A stretch of 30,794 bases of DNA from a virus (Duplodnaviria; Caudoviricetes). The stretch is from the IMG/VR virus record IMGVR_UViG_3300044983_000085, positions 1 to 30,794 of that record; one strand, given 5' to 3'. The notes under the pieces are model-generated. The model made no database searches. It was not told the DNA's origin and saw nothing but the letters and a program-made list of their open reading frames with translations. The translations under genes and the position numbers were made by a program. Below are positions 18,064-24,983 of the stretch, piece after piece (within the stretch, counting starts at the first letter, position 1; every line of letters starts with the position of its first letter).

Positions 18064-18546
18064 TCACATTCCTTTGGTGATGAGTCCCTGGACGTACTGG
18101 CTGGCAGACCAGTCGGAGTGGCTGGCCGTATGCGCTCCGGCCGCCCCGCGGTGATGCCACGCGCACAGCCACCGGAAATTCTGGTCCGACTCGATCCACG
18201 CGCCCACCTGCATCGGGTCGCCGATGCCCGGGTAGTCGTGCTCGAGCGCGGCCAGGTCAACGCCCTGCTGGAGGCTGAACTCGACAATGGCATGGTGCAG
18301 TTCCAGGCCCGGCTGCGGTCCGGTCGCGGGTGCGGGCACGGAACGCATCTGGGCGTCCATGCAGTCGCCGTAGCCGATCCGCTCCCCGATGTAGCACCTT
18401 GCGGTGGCGCGGTGAGCTTTGTGGTAGGCGTTGAAATCCACGTAATGGGGGTCCGCCGTCCGCGCCGGGTGCGGCGGGAAATGCATCATGTAGTGGTGGC
18501 TCTGCGCGGCCTGGTGGGCGGCCACCGCCGCAGTATCCTCCGCCAT
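18064..18546 (-). CDS. HNH-like His/Cys-rich protein
   Basis: CYIG...LELHH...NFRWLCAWHHRG...H pattern. Confidence 0.65.
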   Translation of the reverse strand: MAEDTAAVAAHQAAQSHHYMMHFPPHPARTADPHYVDFNAYHKAHRATARCYIGERIGYGDCMDAQMRSVPAPATGPQPGLELHHAIVEFSLQQGVDLAALEHDYPGIGDPMQVGAWIESDQNFRWLCAWHHRGAAGAHTASHSDWSASQYVQGLITKGM

Positions 18547-19196
18547 CAGGTCACCTTCCCGAGCATCACCGGCTTCATATGACCCACCTGCACGCCCGTA
18601 TGCACATGCACCGGAATGCCGGCCGCTCCCGCGCGGAGACAGAACGTCATATCCTCCCCCATCAGCGACAACGGCGCCCCCACCGCCGACTCACGGAACC
18701 ACGGCGCCGCCACATCCTTCGCGTGGGCCCGGATCCGCTCGAGCGCGTCCCGGTGCATCAGCAGGAACCCGGTACCGGTCGCCGTGACCTGCACGCAGTC
18801 ATCTTCCGGCCACGTCTCGCGATGCGCGAACCCCAGTTCACCACCAGGTTTCTGCGTGAGCTCATACATCGTCGGCCGCGTCTCCCCAGCAGACGGACTG
18901 AAGCACAGCGCGCCGAGTAGCGGCCGCTCCGCCGGATCCGCGGCTTCGATGAGCCGGTCCAGGGCATCTGAGGCGAACACCATGTCCGTGTCGACCATGA
19001 GGAGCCACGGGGTGGGCCGTTTCAGGAAGTCGTCGGCGATCAGGTTCCGCGCCGTTGAGATGTTCGGGCCGGACGCATAGGTCAGGATCGTATCGAGCGG
19101 CGTTTTGCCTTCCATCACCGTGGCGAGCAGCGATTCGCAGAACTCGGCGCGGACCACGCCGGGATGGCAGTAGCCGATAACCGCGTGATCGGTCAC
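18546..19196 (-). CDS. GT-A fold glycosyltransferase (family 2-like)
   Basis: ARNLIA, WLLMVDTDM (DxD), TGTGFLLMHR and GEDMTFCLRA...VGHMK motifs; GTGA overlap with the upstream gene. Confidence 0.85.
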   Translation of the reverse strand: MTDHAVIGYCHPGVVRAEFCESLLATVMEGKTPLDTILTYASGPNISTARNLIADDFLKRPTPWLLMVDTDMVFASDALDRLIEAADPAERPLLGALCFSPSAGETRPTMYELTQKPGGELGFAHRETWPEDDCVQVTATGTGFLLMHRDALERIRAHAKDVAAPWFRESAVGAPLSLMGEDMTFCLRAGAAGIPVHVHTGVQVGHMKPVMLGKVT

Positions 19197-19528
19197 ATCC
19201 CGGCAGGCTCGACGTTGGTCGGCCATCCGTGCGTCGTCCCGGCGTCAATGTCATAGCCTTCGGTCGCGAAACCCGCCGCCGATGACAGCAGCACCCCGGT
19301 CTGTGCCTGCCTCGCGCCCTGCGGGTACAAGACCCCGGCACCCGCGACCGCATTGGCGGCGTTGAACTCCCCCGCCACATCCGGCACGGGCGCCTGAATG
19401 TTGTAGGGCGCCGGGCCCACGCCGTGCGGCGTCACCGACGCGTACCCGGCAGGACTAGACGGGCTGTCAGCCGGGGTAACGGGGTCGTTCGCGCCGATCG
19501 GGTCGAGAGGCTGCATCGGATTCGTCAT
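19193..19528 (-). CDS. Pro/Gly/Ala-rich hypothetical protein
   Basis: TGATG overlap with the upstream gene; operon packing. Confidence 0.7.
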   Translation of the reverse strand: MTNPMQPLDPIGANDPVTPADSPSSPAGYASVTPHGVGPAPYNIQAPVPDVAGEFNAANAVAGAGVLYPQGARQAQTGVLLSSAAGFATEGYDIDAGTTHGWPTNVEPAGM

Positions 19529-20046
19529 CACGCATCTCCGTAATTCCGCGGGGGATCATAGAAACCGCCGGCCGGGACCGTCTTCCCCGCCGCGGTTCCA
19601 GGGTCAAGCGGCGCACCTGACGTCGTCAGCCCCGGGAAGCTCATCAGGTCACCGATATTGCTGCCCAGCCCGTACGTGTCGGACTGATGCTCAATGAACC
19701 GGGCCTCCGCATTCGCGACCGCCCCCGAGACCGACGCGGCCACGTCATCCCGGCCGCCCGCATCCGGGTCACCGCCGACATATACCGGCGACAGGCTGCC
19801 CGCCTCGTACGGGCTGACGTTCGGCGCCGTCAGCGGCGCTTCGGTCACGTGGTTCGCGCCGGTCACCCCGTCCAGGACATCAGCACCCGGCGCGTACCCC
19901 AGCGAAATATGCGCCTGCGGGGCCAGCATGTCCGGGGTGATCGCGAACCCCGGGCCGCCGTACGGCACCGGCGCCGGCCCCGGCGTAGTGGCCTGCGGCA
20001 TCTGCGGCGGCACTTCCGGGGGTGTATCCGGCGGCCAGTACGGCAT
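19528..20046 (-). CDS. Pro-rich, probably disordered hypothetical protein
   Basis: ATG at 20046 (MPYWPPDTPP) just after the upstream stop. Confidence 0.7.
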   Translation of the reverse strand: MPYWPPDTPPEVPPQMPQATTPGPAPVPYGGPGFAITPDMLAPQAHISLGYAPGADVLDGVTGANHVTEAPLTAPNVSPYEAGSLSPVYVGGDPDAGGRDDVAASVSGAVANAEARFIEHQSDTYGLGSNIGDLMSFPGLTTSGAPLDPGTAAGKTVPAGGFYDPPRNYGDA

Positions 20047-20050
20047 AACA

Positions 20051-20380
20051 TCACGCCCTTGCCTGAGCGAGCGCCTTCGTGCGCGTCGCATCCGCTGTTG
20101 CCTGCACAATCCGGAACCGGATAAACGGGGTCAGCACCTGCACCGTCGCCGGCGTAGCGCCCACCGCCGCATACGTGATATCCGTCTCCTGCGTGCTGCC
20201 ATCAAACGAGCCTTCAACAGTCAGCGTCGTCGTCCCCGTCGAATTCGTGAACACGTACGAAATCAGCATGTTCGTATAACCCGACGTGTCGAAGAACGGC
20301 GACACCAGCGGCGACTGGGCCACCGTCACCGCCGCGATCTGCTCCCAGATCTTGAAACCCGGCGGCGTGACAAGCGCCAT
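20051..20380 (-). CDS. Hypothetical virion protein (beta-sandwich-like)
   Basis: LTVEGSFDG and PFIRFRIV motifs seen in phage structural proteins. Confidence 0.7.
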   Translation of the reverse strand: MALVTPPGFKIWEQIAAVTVAQSPLVSPFFDTSGYTNMLISYVFTNSTGTTTLTVEGSFDGSTQETDITYAAVGATPATVQVLTPFIRFRIVQATADATRTKALAQARA

Positions 20381-20626
20381 CTAACCCTCATCCCCGTCAC
20401 CTGCAGGCACCTCAGCCGCCGCCTTCCGCGGACGGCCCGGCAGACGCTTCACCGGCACCTCCTCCGGACCCGGATCCTGCGGCTTGAACAACACGCCCCG
20501 GCCCGCATCCAGCCGCACCGCATGATGACCCGCCGGCCACGTACTCCCCTTCTGCACCGTCACCGAACCGCCATCCGGCAACTCCGCGTTAAACGTGTCC
20601 TGCGCCACAAACCACTGCTGCGCCAT
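20381..20626 (-). CDS. Small head-associated protein with GRPRK motif
   Basis: Short post-capsid gene with AT-hook-like PGRPRK. Confidence 0.7.
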   Translation of the reverse strand: MAQQWFVAQDTFNAELPDGGSVTVQKGSTWPAGHHAVRLDAGRGVLFKPQDPGPEEVPVKRLPGRPRKAAAEVPAGDGDEG

Positions 20627-20628
20627 CA

Positions 20629-20841
20629 CTAGCATCCCCTCGGATACGCGGCCAGATACCCGGCCATCACGCCGGTGATATTACCGACGCCGGCCACAGG
20701 CGCGGTCGTGGTGAAATTCGACGGGAACAACGCGATAACCGTCGCGTCGGTGACCGTGTCACGCGTCGCACCCGCCTCCACGAAATACGACGCGCCGCCC
20801 AGTTGGGTCGTGAAACTTTGGGTCGCATAGTTGGCGGCCAT
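20629..20841 (-). CDS. Small head-associated hypothetical protein
   Basis: ATG at 20841 after AGGAAGG; 70 aa. Confidence 0.65.
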   Translation of the reverse strand: MAANYATQSFTTQLGGASYFVEAGATRDTVTDATVIALFPSNFTTTAPVAGVGNITGVMAGYLAAYPRGC

Positions 20842-20842
20842 G

Positions 20843-21547
20843 TCAGCCTGCCTTCCTGAAGAGTTCCATCTGCCGGTGCTTCGCCACGTACCGGGCAGCC
20901 GCCGCAAGGATGTCCGGATCATCGCCGAAGCTGCCAATGCCTAGATTGCACCGCGCACAGAGAAGCCCGCGGATCTGATCGGTCACATGATCGTGGTCAA
21001 CGTGCCAGTAGCCGCTTCGAGTGGGCGGCCCGCCGACTTTCGTGGTCTTGCATACGGCGCACCGGTTCCGTTGCCGTTTGACGAGTCCCTCATATTCGGC
21101 CTGCGTCAGACCGTAACGCGCTAGCGTCCGGCGCCGCTCCCTATCCTTCCGCCGTTGCTCGGCGGCGGGTGAACGGATCTCCTTCTTGCAGTCCGGGCAC
21201 ACCGGTATCCCGACTCCGGCCACATCCGTACTGCCACATGCGCAACGGCGGGGACCAAGGCCCTCATTCCGTTGCCGTTTCAGATCTTCGCCGTGCTCGG
21301 AAGTACATCTGCGCGAGCAGTAGACCCGAAACGTCCCATGCCCCTTGTAGACGCGGGTGAACTCCTCGCCGCACTGGGGGCACACCACCCGCTCTGGCGG
21401 ATGGACTCGCGGAACATATTTGGCCCTCACATATGCGCGCGCACATGTCTTGCATCGCGAACCCACGCCGCCGACACCGAGTACAGATCTATAGAACTCG
21501 GTCAGCGGTTTCGTTTCGCGGCATCCAGTGCAGGTCTTTTCGTTCAT
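20843..21547 (-). CDS. Free-standing endonuclease VII-family (HNH-type) nuclease with N-terminal Zn fingers, probable homing endonuclease
   Basis: YGLTQAEY...QRNRCAVC...VDHDHVTDQIRGLLCARCNLGIG...DD; several CxxC pairs; GGAGG RBS before ATG at 21547. Confidence 0.9.
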   Translation of the reverse strand: MNEKTCTGCRETKPLTEFYRSVLGVGGVGSRCKTCARAYVRAKYVPRVHPPERVVCPQCGEEFTRVYKGHGTFRVYCSRRCTSEHGEDLKRQRNEGLGPRRCACGSTDVAGVGIPVCPDCKKEIRSPAAEQRRKDRERRRTLARYGLTQAEYEGLVKRQRNRCAVCKTTKVGGPPTRSGYWHVDHDHVTDQIRGLLCARCNLGIGSFGDDPDILAAAARYVAKHRQMELFRKAG

Positions 21548-21550
21548 CGT

Positions 21551-21603
21551 GGTCCTCCCATGACCGAGGGCGGACAGCATGGGAACCGTCCGCCCTCGGG
21601 ACC
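21551..21603 (-). promoter_or_regulatory. Stable hairpin next to and enclosing the endonuclease RBS
   Basis: CCGAGGGCGGAC (21564-21575) pairs with GTCCGCCCTCGG (21588-21599); outer GGTCC/GGACC overlaps the SD. Confidence 0.7.
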
Positions 21604-21618
21604 AAACCGGGTAGAAGG

Positions 21619-23067
21619 TTACAAACCCTTCATAACCCTGAAACCATTGACAGTCGAGACATTTGCCCCAAATCGCCAGAACATAAACCATCCTGCCTGA
21701 CCTGAGGGCAAAACGCCCGAACCGGTCGCACTCTTGACAAGGGGCTCATATATCATCGAAACGCCCACTCGGTCACAGATTATGTACTGGCCGAAGTCCC
21801 CGAAGATCGCCATCAGCGACGTGGTGGCGACCGACGCGGTCATCGTGGTCGATTCGTAGATCGGGGCGCCGAGCAGGGTTTCCGGCTGGCCCTTGCCGAG
21901 GTTGGTCCAGAAGCTGGAACCGCCCGCAGTGTCGAGTTGCCGGATCTTGTTGATGATCGCGACGTTGGCGACCCATGCCGCACCCGGAGCGTTCCTGAAC
22001 CGTGGCGGTAGTGCGGCCTGGACGGCGTAGACGTCGCCGAGCGCGATCACGGTGGTGGTTGCGGTGGTGACGACGGTGGTGGCGGCAGGGACAACGCCCT
22101 GCGTGTTCGGCGGCGTGTTGTTGCCGGTCGCGAACTGCGATTCCTCGAGCCGGTCCTTCGCGTCTGCCAGGAGCCCCGGGAGTTGCTGGCCGAAATCCGT
22201 ATCTTCTAGGATTTCATAGGAACCATACACCCACGCTGAAGCCTTCTGCGGGGTGATGACGATGTTCGCGACGGTCGGCGACGCGTCGACGACGACGGTT
22301 GCTTCGGAGAGCATCGCCGCGTTGACGCCGGCGGAGTTGACGCCGTTCCACGTGTTCGATGTGGTCTGGACGCCCCGGCTGATACGCCGCCACGGGTTCG
22401 CGGACGACGCGTTGGTCAATATGATGGTGGGGTCAAGTACAAATGGTAGCAAATAGCCACCATTCGCCTGGGTGAGGGACAGTGCGGCACGCATCGCGTT
22501 CTGCTGCGGCTTCTCCAGGTACGCGGTGAACGCCTCCTGATATTCGGCGCTCCCCGTGGTCAGGATGTGCTCCGCGATGCCGCGGCCTTCCCGCCCGATG
22601 TTGTTCTGCACCATCCGGGTCGCGGCCTCAGCGTGGTCGTGAGTCAGGGTGCCGTGCTTGGCTTCCGTCTCGACCGCGTCGAACGCCCGGCCCCGCAATT
22701 CCGGCGTGGGGACCATGTGGGCGCGGACGGCGTCCAGGTTGTCGTACGGGTCACGCCCGGACTGGCCCCAGAAATCGGGGCTGCCGTTCACTGACCGGCG
22801 CAGGCCGTTCCCGTTGCCGTTCCCCGCATAGGCAGGTTCCGGGCGTTCCAGGTTCGCGGGGTCTTCCGCGGCGCGGGTGATCGCCCGGACCTTCTCCATC
22901 CGCTCGATGATCGGCTTGCATTCCTTGTCGAGCTGCTGCCACCGTTCGACGAGGGTGTCCCGCAGGTCACCGTCGGTCTCCTCAGTGGTTTCCTCGTCGT
23001 CTTCCATCCGCTGGAGCTCGGCCTTGATGCGGGCCATCTCCTCGGACTTTTCCTTCAGCGTGGCCAT
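21619..23067 (-). CDS. Major capsid protein, HK97 fold with N-terminal delta domain
   Basis: Coiled-coil N-terminus, GGYLLP, LLGAPIYES and IFGDFGQYIICDR motifs; directly follows the protease. Confidence 0.95.
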   Translation of the reverse strand: MATLKEKSEEMARIKAELQRMEDDEETTEETDGDLRDTLVERWQQLDKECKPIIERMEKVRAITRAAEDPANLERPEPAYAGNGNGNGLRRSVNGSPDFWGQSGRDPYDNLDAVRAHMVPTPELRGRAFDAVETEAKHGTLTHDHAEAATRMVQNNIGREGRGIAEHILTTGSAEYQEAFTAYLEKPQQNAMRAALSLTQANGGYLLPFVLDPTIILTNASSANPWRRISRGVQTTSNTWNGVNSAGVNAAMLSEATVVVDASPTVANIVITPQKASAWVYGSYEILEDTDFGQQLPGLLADAKDRLEESQFATGNNTPPNTQGVVPAATTVVTTATTTVIALGDVYAVQAALPPRFRNAPGAAWVANVAIINKIRQLDTAGGSSFWTNLGKGQPETLLGAPIYESTTMTASVATTSLMAIFGDFGQYIICDRVGVSMIYEPLVKSATGSGVLPSGQAGWFMFWRFGANVSTVNGFRVMKGL

Positions 23068-23091
23068 CCCACGCACCTGCTTTCGGTCTGG

Positions 23092-24582
23092 TTACCAGAC
23101 CAGCCCGGCCTTCTTGCGCAGTTCCTCAGAGGTCATGCGGTAAAGGGCGTGCTGGTGATACCGGGCCGAGTGCTCATCTGTCGCGAGCGGCTCACCGGCG
23201 GCGGCTTCGCCATCGGGGGAAGTGCCAGGATCGAACTCTTCGTCCGGCTCCCACGTGCCGGGAGTGGACATGCGGACGCCGAGGACGTCGGCACCCTCAT
23301 AGGCGGGGAACAGGACCCCGCCGTACTGGCGCAGACCCAGTTCAGTGCGGTGCACGGTGGTCAGCCGCCCCGAGGAGTCGGGGCGGTACCGGCCGTGGCG
23401 GCCGAGCTGCGGGTCAGAGCGGACGATCTTGCCTTCAAATGACTGGGCGGTGATGCCGCCCTCGCTGATCAGCTGGAGAACCTCGTTGCCGAGCGGCGTG
23501 TCGAAATACCGGGAACGGGTCAGCAGCCCGCGGTCGGTTGCCTCGATCGACAGCGGTTTCGCGACGGGCATCTGGAACCGTTCAACCAGGTTTCCCTCGG
23601 AGTCACGGCCGTGGTTGAAGGTGACTTTCACCGTGCTGAACCCGGCCTTCGACCGGCGCAGGTCCGACAGCCGCTTGTTGAACGCCGACGGGCTGATGAC
23701 CTCGATGTAATGGCCCTGGTGGTCCATGATCTCGGTTTCGGTGTTGAACACGGCGGCGAACGCTTCGACGGTGCGGCCGTCGCCGCCGTCGGCTGACCGG
23801 ACGATGTGGAGGTCTTCGAGCGGGTAGTCGCGCATCAGTTCCGAGCGCGACGCAGACCCGTTACCGCTGTCACCGTCGCCGCTGACGTCGATGCCGAACT
23901 TCTTGCACGCGGCCATGATCCGGCCCTTCACCTCGGAGAGCGTGACGCCGTTCATCGGGTACTGGGCGGCGTTTTTCGGCATGTTGATGTATGACCAGGC
24001 CGCGCGGGCGTGCTCTTCGGTGTCGACCGGGTACTTGCCGTTTTTGGGGTCGGCGTATGTCACGTCCCCGTACGGCTTCGCCGGCGCTTTCGTGCTGCTT
24101 GCCATTGCTGCCCTTCCGGTCGTGATATCCGCCCGCATGGCGTGGGCCTGATGCTCGAGTGCGGCCGCCTTGGACCGCAGGTCATGGATCCGGGTTTTCA
24201 GCGATGTGATCCGCTGGGTCAGGGTGGCCGCGTGCCGGGTGTGGTGCCGGTGCTGGGCAGCGTGGTGATGGTGGTGGACTACGTGGCCGGCGTGCTTCGA
24301 TTTCTTCGCCGCTGCCGCCGATTTCTTTGCGGCAGCTACGGCGGCGGCGTGCTGCTTTTCCAGCAGGTGCAGCTGCGCCCCGAGTTTGCGGGCCTCAGCG
24401 AGGTCGGCGTGTGCCTGGGTGAGGAGCCGCTGCTTCGCGGCGTGGCCGGTGCTGGCTGTGGCGTGCCCGTGTACGGCCGGGGCTTTCGCACCGCCGCCGC
24501 CGCCGGATGAGGTGGCGAACTGGCCGCCCGTGGGCGATCCGGCTTTCACGTGGAACTGGTCGAACCGGGAGGCGTCAGTCAT
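23092..24582 (-). CDS. HK97-family prohead protease with N-terminal extensions (His-rich segment and YPVDTEEHARAAWSY domain)
   Basis: RTVEAFAAVFN, EVISPSAF, FNHG (His), QSFEG (Ser) and FPAYEGA motifs. Confidence 0.9.
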   Translation of the reverse strand: MTDASRFDQFHVKAGSPTGGQFATSSGGGGGAKAPAVHGHATASTGHAAKQRLLTQAHADLAEARKLGAQLHLLEKQHAAAVAAAKKSAAAAKKSKHAGHVVHHHHHAAQHRHHTRHAATLTQRITSLKTRIHDLRSKAAALEHQAHAMRADITTGRAAMASSTKAPAKPYGDVTYADPKNGKYPVDTEEHARAAWSYINMPKNAAQYPMNGVTLSEVKGRIMAACKKFGIDVSGDGDSGNGSASRSELMRDYPLEDLHIVRSADGGDGRTVEAFAAVFNTETEIMDHQGHYIEVISPSAFNKRLSDLRRSKAGFSTVKVTFNHGRDSEGNLVERFQMPVAKPLSIEATDRGLLTRSRYFDTPLGNEVLQLISEGGITAQSFEGKIVRSDPQLGRHGRYRPDSSGRLTTVHRTELGLRQYGGVLFPAYEGADVLGVRMSTPGTWEPDEEFDPGTSPDGEAAAGEPLATDEHSARYHQHALYRMTSEELRKKAGLVW

Positions 24583-24608
24583 CGCTGCCCTTCCGGGTGT
24601 TATTCCGC

Positions 24609-24637
24609 TTGCCAGGGCTCCTGTAATGGTTTACAGT
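24609..24637 (+). promoter_or_regulatory. Sigma70-type promoter of the Y RNA/Ro60 cassette
   Basis: TTGCCA (24609-24614), 17-nt spacer, TACAGT (24632-24637); the first RNA stem starts at 24641. Confidence 0.8.
24621..24636. promoter_or_regulatory. Palindromic operator overlapping the -10 box
   Basis: CTGTAA-TGGT-TTACAG perfect inverted repeat. Confidence 0.7.
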
Positions 24638-24640
24638 GCA

Positions 24641-24768
24641 GGTGACGGGCCGAAGTGAATCGGTTACCTCTGCTAAAGGAGAGACGCGGGTTCGAATCCC
24701 GCCGCCCTTCGGGGTGTGGACGAGTGGCCTAAGTCGCTAAACCCGGTTCGCACACCTAGCCCGTCGCC
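24641..24768 (+). ncRNA. yrlA: Y RNA (YrlA-like) unit 1 with a circularly permuted tRNA domain
   Basis: Terminal stem GGTGACGGGC/GCCCGTCGCC; GCCGAAG motif; T arm GCGGG-TTCGAAT-CCCGC; acceptor-like stem CGCCC-TTCG-GGGTG; D arm GAC-GAGTGGCCTAA-GTC; adjacent to Ro60. Confidence 0.85.
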
Positions 24769-24783
24769 CTAACTGAACATGAC

Positions 24784-24879
24784 CCGGAGACGGGTCGAAG
24801 CAGATCGGTTACCGACTCCAAATCGGTCGTCCGGTAAGGCCGGACGACTCCGGCCTGCACACCTAATCCGTCCACCCGG
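24784..24879 (+). ncRNA. Y RNA-like unit 2 with a Trp(CCA)-like anticodon stem-loop
   Basis: GACGGGT/ATCCGTC stem; GTCGAAG motif; GCAGATCGG/CCGGCCTGC stem; ACCGA-CTCCAAA-TCGGT hairpin; CACACCTA 3' motif shared with unit 1. Confidence 0.75.
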
Positions 24880-24885
24880 TGCGGC

Positions 24886-24956
24886 CCTGCGGGCCGGACG
24901 ACGATCGGTTACCTTTCTGGGAGATAATCCCGGTCGTCACCTAACTCGTCCGCAGG
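24886..24956 (+). ncRNA. Y RNA-like unit 3 (minimal; may be the Ro60 mRNA leader)
   Basis: CCTGCGGGC/GTCCGCAGG stem; GACGATCGG/CCGGTCGTC stem; shared ATCGGTTACC and CACCTA motifs. Confidence 0.65.
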
Positions 24957-24979
24957 CCTTCCGGTTCAGCCAGGAAGGC
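24956..24979 (+). promoter_or_regulatory. Hairpin occluding the Ro60 ribosome-binding site
   Basis: GCCTTCC (24956-24962) pairs with GGAAGGC (24973-24979), 4 nt before ATG 24984. Confidence 0.65.
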
Positions 24980-24983
24980 AACC

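Noticed and set aside
21548-21691. N-terminal 48 codons of the 282-aa endonuclease ORF
   Set aside because: They overlap the capsid 3' end and the hairpin; the GGAGG RBS supports ATG 21547.
24686-24736. Canonical tRNA gene suggested by GGTTCGAATCC
   Set aside because: The arms are in permuted order, the acceptor is closed by a UUCG loop and there is no CCA end; called a YrlA-like RNA instead.
24641-24956. CRISPR-like array (three ATCGGTTACC repeats)
   Set aside because: The repeats are only ~10 nt, unevenly spaced and embedded in covarying stems; no cas genes are present.
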